DNA of 64,000 nucleotides from Blastocladiella emersonii ATCC 22665 (taxonomy: Eukaryota; Fungi; Blastocladiomycota): assembly GCA_025594325.1 (NCBI GenBank), contig JANHCV010000005.1:1612001-1676000 (forward strand). Direction: 5' to 3'. The translations under genes were made by a program, and so were the position numbers. This document shows, piece by piece, positions 58,876-64,000 of this stretch. The first letter of the stretch is position 1; each line of letters starts with the position of its first letter. The notes under the pieces are model-generated. The model searched no databases, was not told where the DNA came from, and was given only the letters and a program-made list of their open reading frames with translations.

Positions 58876-59898
58876 ATGCTACGCACCCACCTCCCCCGTC
58901 TCGCTGCACTCGCCACGGCGCGCCGCACCGTCTTGCTGGCCGCGTCGCCGCCGCGCGCGCGTCTCCCGCTCGGCCGCTGCCGCCTCGTGTCGTCGTCATC
59001 GTCGGCCACGGTGCGCGAGCACGACCACGACATTCTCGCGCAACACGACGAGTCGCCGCCGCCGCAGTCGCCGCCACAGGAGCGCGTCGCGAGCGGCGCG
59101 TCGGCCGCCGAGACGGGCGACGACGGCGAGGTGGTCGAGCTCGACGGGTTCCTCGCGCACCTGCAGATGCTCGTCGACAAGGTACCCCTTCTGCTTGCCG
59201 CGGGTCGCGCCCGCCGACGTCGCCGCCCTTCATCATCACCTGCAGGATCTGACACACGCGCGCGCGTTCCCGTCACGTAGCACCCGCAGACGCGCCTGCA
59301 CATCCACTTCCGCGCGGCCAACGAGGAGTCGCTGCTGGGCAACACGACGCGGCCGGCGGTGCACACGACGGCGCGCGCGGCGCTCGCGGCGCTGTCGAAG
59401 CTGGCGCGCCCGCCGGTCGATCACACGCAGCATCACCGCCCGCTCGACGAGCCGTCGCGGCCCTCGGACACCAACCCGGCTGGCCGTGCGCCGGGCCACA
59501 AGTGCCACGTGTTCCCCGCCGCGGCCGCCGACCGGTTCGTGGTCGCGGAGCGGCACCCGGAGCGCGCGCCCGAGTGGGACGTGACCTACTACTGCGTGGG
59601 CAGCAGCGGCGCGCCGCCGGCGACCGCGCCCAAGACGCGCGTCGGCGCGCAGGCCGAGGCGCGCGCCGCCAACGCCGAGGACGACGGCGGCATGGAGGAC
59701 GCGGTCCCGCGCGTGCTCGCCAGCCTGTGCCCCGAGGAGGAGGACGAGGACGCCGTCGACGGACGGTGCGCGCTCGAGAAGCAGCGCCAGGCGTGGACGG
59801 CCGCACGCTGGGACTCGCGCGACGGCGAGTTCAACCACCCCGACGGACGGGTCACGGCTGACGATAAGCCGCTGCTCGGCGTCCAGGAGCGCACCTGA
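58876..59898 (+). CDS. Hypothetical protein with probable mitochondrial presequence, ~307 aa
   Basis: Exons 58876-59181 and 59281-59898 (GTACCC..CGTAG, phase 0). N-terminus MLRTHLPRLAALATARRTVLL is Arg/Leu/Ala-rich and acid-free. No family recognised. Confidence 0.65.
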
Positions 59899-59992
59899 TG
59901 TGGGTCGGCGCCCGAGCGAGAAGGAGAGCGTGTGCGCAAAATGTACCACAGAGCCGTGAGATGAGCTGAATATATCGATCCGACCATCATCA

Positions 59993-61088
59993 TCACGCAC
60001 TAGACACGACGGCCGGCTCGGGTCGCGCGGCGGGGTCGAGCAGGATCCGCATCGACTCGGCCTTTGCCACCTTGCCGTGCGCGAGCAGCTGCGCATTGAG
60101 CACCGCGACGCGCGCCGGGTCGAGGTACACGAACTGGCCGAGCTCGAGGTCGAGGTGCCCGTTCCACTCGCCCTCGTCGAGCTTGTCCTCGAGGTACACC
60201 TCGAGCTCCTCGTACCGCACGTTGAGCGCCGCCGCCATGGCGGGCAGGTGCACGACGAGGTGGCCCTACACGCGCGCGGAGTCAGCTTCAGCCGAAGCGC
60301 AGTCGGGCGCCGCGGGAACCCCGTACCTGGATATACGCCATGACCCGCTCCTCCATATCATAAACACTCGGTTTCGCCGCCTCCTCGAGCTCGCGCCGCT
60401 CCTCCTCGCGGCGGCGCGCCTTCTCCGCGACCGCGCGCGCGTACTCGCGGTCGATCTCCTCGCGGCGCATGGCGCGCTCGCGCTCGTCGGCGATCCGCGC
60501 GCGCTCCTCGTCGAGCGCCTCGCGCCGCCGCTCGCGCTCCTGCTGGTTGTGCACCGCCCACTCGCGGTACCGCCGCATGTTCTCCTTGCGCTCCAGGTTC
60601 GCCGCGCGCTTCTTGCCCAGGCGTTTCGGGAGCTGCGGGTCACCCGCAGCACCGCCGGCAGCAGCGGCAGCGGCGGGGCGGTGGCGTAGCGCGGCAGCCG
60701 TGTGCTCGGCGCGTACCTGCTCGAGCCGCGCGCGCGCCGTCGTGTCGGCCTCGGGCTCGCGGTCGGGTTCGGCGTCCTGCGCCGCAGCGTCCTCGTCGAC
60801 GGCGTCAGCGGCGGCAGGTGGCGCTTGGTCGTGATGATCCACCACATCCTCGCGCGCAGGCGGCACCGCAGCGGCGACAGCGACGTAAGGCACCGGGTGC
60901 ACCATTGCGGGCGTGGCGACGGGATTAGTCCTGGCGAACCACCGGTCGCGCGCGAGGAACGCGATGCCGACCGTCAGGACGAGCACGGGCGTCGCGAGCA
61001 GGAGCCAGTCGATCCACTCGAGGTCGGCCATGTCGATGAGCGGCGCGCGCGGCGGCGGCTTCAGCGCGGAGCGTTGGTGCGTCGGCAT
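59993..61088 (-). CDS. DDRGK1: DDRGK1/UFBP1-like ER-anchored UFMylation adaptor
   Basis: Exons 61088 (or 61031)-60327 and 60265-59993. N-terminal TM, then LGKKRAANLERKE, an E/R-rich coil, and a winged-helix region AYIQGHLVVHLPAMA..EGEWNGHLDLELGQFVYL..GKV that aligns with the DDRGK/PCI domain. Confidence 0.7.
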
Positions 61089-61200
61089 CGTGTACGTTGC
61101 AGGGAGTTTCGTGGGTTTAGGGGACAAGATGCATGGGGCGGCGGTCGCCGACAGGGAGCGACGACGCCGAAGGATCAAGGTGTGATGAGTGTCTCCGCCA

Positions 61201-61224
61201 CACGTGATATCGAAACGCGTCTCG
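61201..61224 (-). promoter_or_regulatory. GAGACGCGT-N8-CACGTG half module; exact 24-bp reverse complement of 47280-47303
   Basis: CACGTGATATCGAAACGCGTCTCG, about 110-170 nt upstream of the DDRGK1-like start. Confidence 0.55.
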
Positions 61225-61448
61225 AACTCGCGCGGCCGGTCGACCGACCGGCGAGGAAAGGCGTTTTAAACCCAGTTTAAATGGGACGTACCATTGAAAG
61301 CAAGGAAGCACAGTGCTGCTGCGCGAGGGCACTCAAGCTCTCCTAGGTTTCCCTCGCGCGTCAGTGTACATGTTCGAAACGGTTGATTGTGACAATAGAA
61401 GTGCATTAAGCGAGACAGATGGACAAAGTAACAGCGGATTGGATGGAA

Positions 61449-64000
61449 CTAGACGGGGAAGAAAGGCATGAACACGGCCTGCTGGAGATGCGGCCGCAAG
61501 CGCTTGAACACATCAGGGGGAAACCGCGGATCAGTGGCCGGGACCTCGGCCTGCCACAGGATCGCCATCTCCCGCACAGTCAAGTAATGCTGGGTGCGGA
61601 TATCAAGCGTTCGCGCCGCGGACGCGGGGATTTGTGCCCGGACCAAGTCGAGCGAGTTTTGGTCTCCGTTGAAAACCACGTAGCACTCGATGGCCGGCGT
61701 GGGCGCGAGACCCGGACCCGCGGGCGGGAGCAGCGAGACCCGATTTGGAATGAGGAATTCGGCGAACAGGCCCTCGACGCCGATGAGTTCGATCAGCTGG
61801 ACAGCGGGGTCCGAAGTGAGCGCGAAAAGAGACTGCGTCATTTGGATGAAGGTGCTCGCCGCCTCGCGCATGCGCGAACCCGCGTCCGCATCGCGAGCCC
61901 TGATCGCGGCGACGTGTTCGAGCGCGAGCTGGATGGGAAGTGCCGTGCGATGATGGTTCTTGCGGCGCCTAATCTGCGGATCCATGCCAAGCACGCCGTG
62001 CGTCCAGTGCACGGGCGCCATGATGCGGTTGAGAATGAGCACCACCTTGCTCTGCTTGCGCATCACGCGGACCCGGGCGACGGAGACGGGAGAAGGCAAG
62101 CATATAGTCAGCGGGACGTCATTGACGTCTAGGCAGGCAGCGCCGCCGTTCTCGAATCGATTTTCGTCGGATGGGAGCGATAAGGCGCACTGCTCCTGGC
62201 CCGGTGGGATCGCGAGCGTGACCTCAAAGTGGTCCAAGTGCTCTGCTGCGTCAGTCACTGGCAGCACCCAGCTCGCGCGAGCCTCGCGCGGATCTTCGCG
62301 GCTCGCCATGATGCCGCTCGCGGGAGCCCAGAACACCACAGCTGGAATAAGTAGCATCGTGCAGGACTTGAGCGGGACCAGTTGCCCGCCAAGAAGCTCG
62401 CGCGGCGGGCAGCTCGCTCCAGGAACCTTGACATATTCGCGGTACACGCCAACGACTGCCTTATCGAGGTAAAACTCAACGATTTCCACCGGCAAGTAAA
62501 CAAAGACGCAGAAATGCCGCGGCGCAGTCGGAGAAGGTGTCACGGCAAGCGACTCGAACCGGCGCGTCTCGCCGTCCATGGTCATCTCGACGATGAGATC
62601 GAACGGAGGGAGAACCATTCCGTCGCGTGAACCACGGCCAATCGGAACCGTCAGTCTGACGCACGTGTGGTCGTGGTTCAGGCCATCACCCGTTCCCACG
62701 CCGTACAGCATCGCCATGTGCAGAATTTCGGGGTCGGTTTCCAGCGTTGGGTCGATGAGATCGCGCCATAGATTCGTTGGATAGAGAGGCCACGGCGAAA
62801 TCGTCGGGTTTGCACCGATCCACGTCAGTCGGCCGGACGCAAGCGCGAACCCAACGATTTTGGGCAGCAGCACCCGGCACTCGAACGAGGACACTAGAAA
62901 CGGCGGGAGAAGGTTGAGTGGTACGTAAGGTCAAGACCTAACGTTGCACGAGTGGGTCGCGTACCTTTCAGATCATAGCGCGACACGAACTTGCTCAAGG
63001 CAGACTGGACCAGCGGAGACGACTGGAAGGAAATCGGGACGGTCGCTGGAGTGCGCGAGAAGAACGTAAAGTACTCGATTCGCCGAGGGTCTGCGCCGTC
63101 AACGTGGTGCGGCGCAAACCGGCGCACCAGGTTTTTCCAGTGGGCATCGTTTGGGAGCTCAAGAAGTCCAACACCAAACAAAGTCGCATAAGACTCGAGA
63201 GGAAGACCGGTCGCGAAAGCCAAGTACTCGGTTCGCGAAAGCTCCATGGTGGGAGCCCGTGCCGAGTAGGTGAGAGTGTGAGAGGCTCGGTATGCGTGCG
63301 GGGAGGCTTTGAGCAGCGGAGCCGCGTGAACAAGGAGTCCGAGCAGGCCGACCGTGTCCTGAAGGCCGCCTGTATCGACAACATTGAAGCGTTTGGACGG
63401 GTCCGCGGCAAACTCCTCCATGAGCCGCAGCGCATGGCCGACCGCAAAGGTAATCGTGTTGCGCGGGCTTGCTCCGCGACCAAATGCCGTGCGCAGGGCT
63501 CCAACCCAGTCCCACACCTCGTCGACGAGCTGGTGGTTAGGAACCTCCATGGACGCCGCGGTGTCAAGCGACTCGAAGGGAAGCGTCGTGTTGGGCACGG
63601 CGTAGTACACGGTGCCGTCCGCGCGGGCGAGAAGGAAAGTGGAGTTAACCTTGAGCCATGGGTTGCACGGGCGGACTTGAAAGGTTTGAGCATCAGCGTG
63701 CCACTCAGCCACGCATGCGACGCGGCCAGCAATCGAGCCGCTGAGGCGCTTGCCGAGCCGAGCTTTCACCCGCTCCAAGTAACGCTTGGCGATGAGCGGA
63801 GCGCTTGCGTTGCGAACGGCCGGATCCCAATGCGATGCCGTGTACTGCGCCCGCTTCTCGAGGAGCGACTCGACGGACCAATCGACGCCAAGCCAAGCGC
63901 GCCAGCAGTGGCGGACCGCCCGCTGGGTTTCAATGTCAAGGACGCGAATTTGGGCCGTTTGAGAGGTGACCCAGTCTTTGGCAAGGCACGCACGCAGCTG
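61449..64000 (-). CDS. DUF4470-family paralog 3, 5' partial, intact in the visible part
   Basis: Frame is open from 64000 to 62965. The phase-1 intron 62894-62964 (GTACGC..CTAG) joins it to ORF 61449-62894. Shared motifs TFLLARADGTVYYAVP, LQDTVGLL, LFGVGLLELP, RELLGGQLVP and LPIQLAL. Confidence 0.8.

Noticed and set aside
47280-61224. A 14-kb TIR transposon bounded by the 24-bp inverted repeat
   Set aside because: No transposase and no TSD; the interior is conserved housekeeping genes, and the motif recurs in ordinary promoters. Kept only as a boundary/motif observation.
1-64000. rRNA, tRNA, telomeric repeats, LTR/LINE/DDE transposon ORFs
   Set aside because: No recognisable signatures on either strand by eye; a short tRNA or snoRNA could be missed without tRNAscan/Infernal.

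Overview
Eukaryotic, intron-containing, very GC-rich, gene-dense DNA. It is most consistent with a zoosporic (flagellated) fungus of the Chytridiomycota/Blastocladiomycota grade: IFT139, a class C GPCR, DDRGK1 and VMP1 sit beside fungal-type Jsn1/Puf2, Vps64/Far9, DUF4246, DUF4470 and SMP genes. I hand-spliced about 20 conserved genes using short introns (mostly 53-72 nt; GTACGY/GTGCGT donors, CTGAC branch sites, mostly TAG acceptors). Three islands with visibly lower GC and different codon usage interrupt them (~6.8-19.0 kb, ~44.2-47.3 kb, ~61.3-64 kb). The islands hold only two paralog families, each with three copies and some members decayed: an unrecognised ~730-aa helical family with an F-box-like N-terminus and conserved Cys motifs, and a ~1000-aa DUF4470 family apparently lacking the usual MYND finger. 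Other highlights are a fixed-spacing intergenic module (GAGACGCGT-N8-CACGTG-N8-GAGACGCGT), a class C GPCR with a cytoplasmic PH-like domain, a GH26-like pseudoenzyme and a tandem SMP/LEA-like pair. I saw no rRNA, tRNA, CRISPR array or transposase. All family assignments are from remembered motifs, not database searches.
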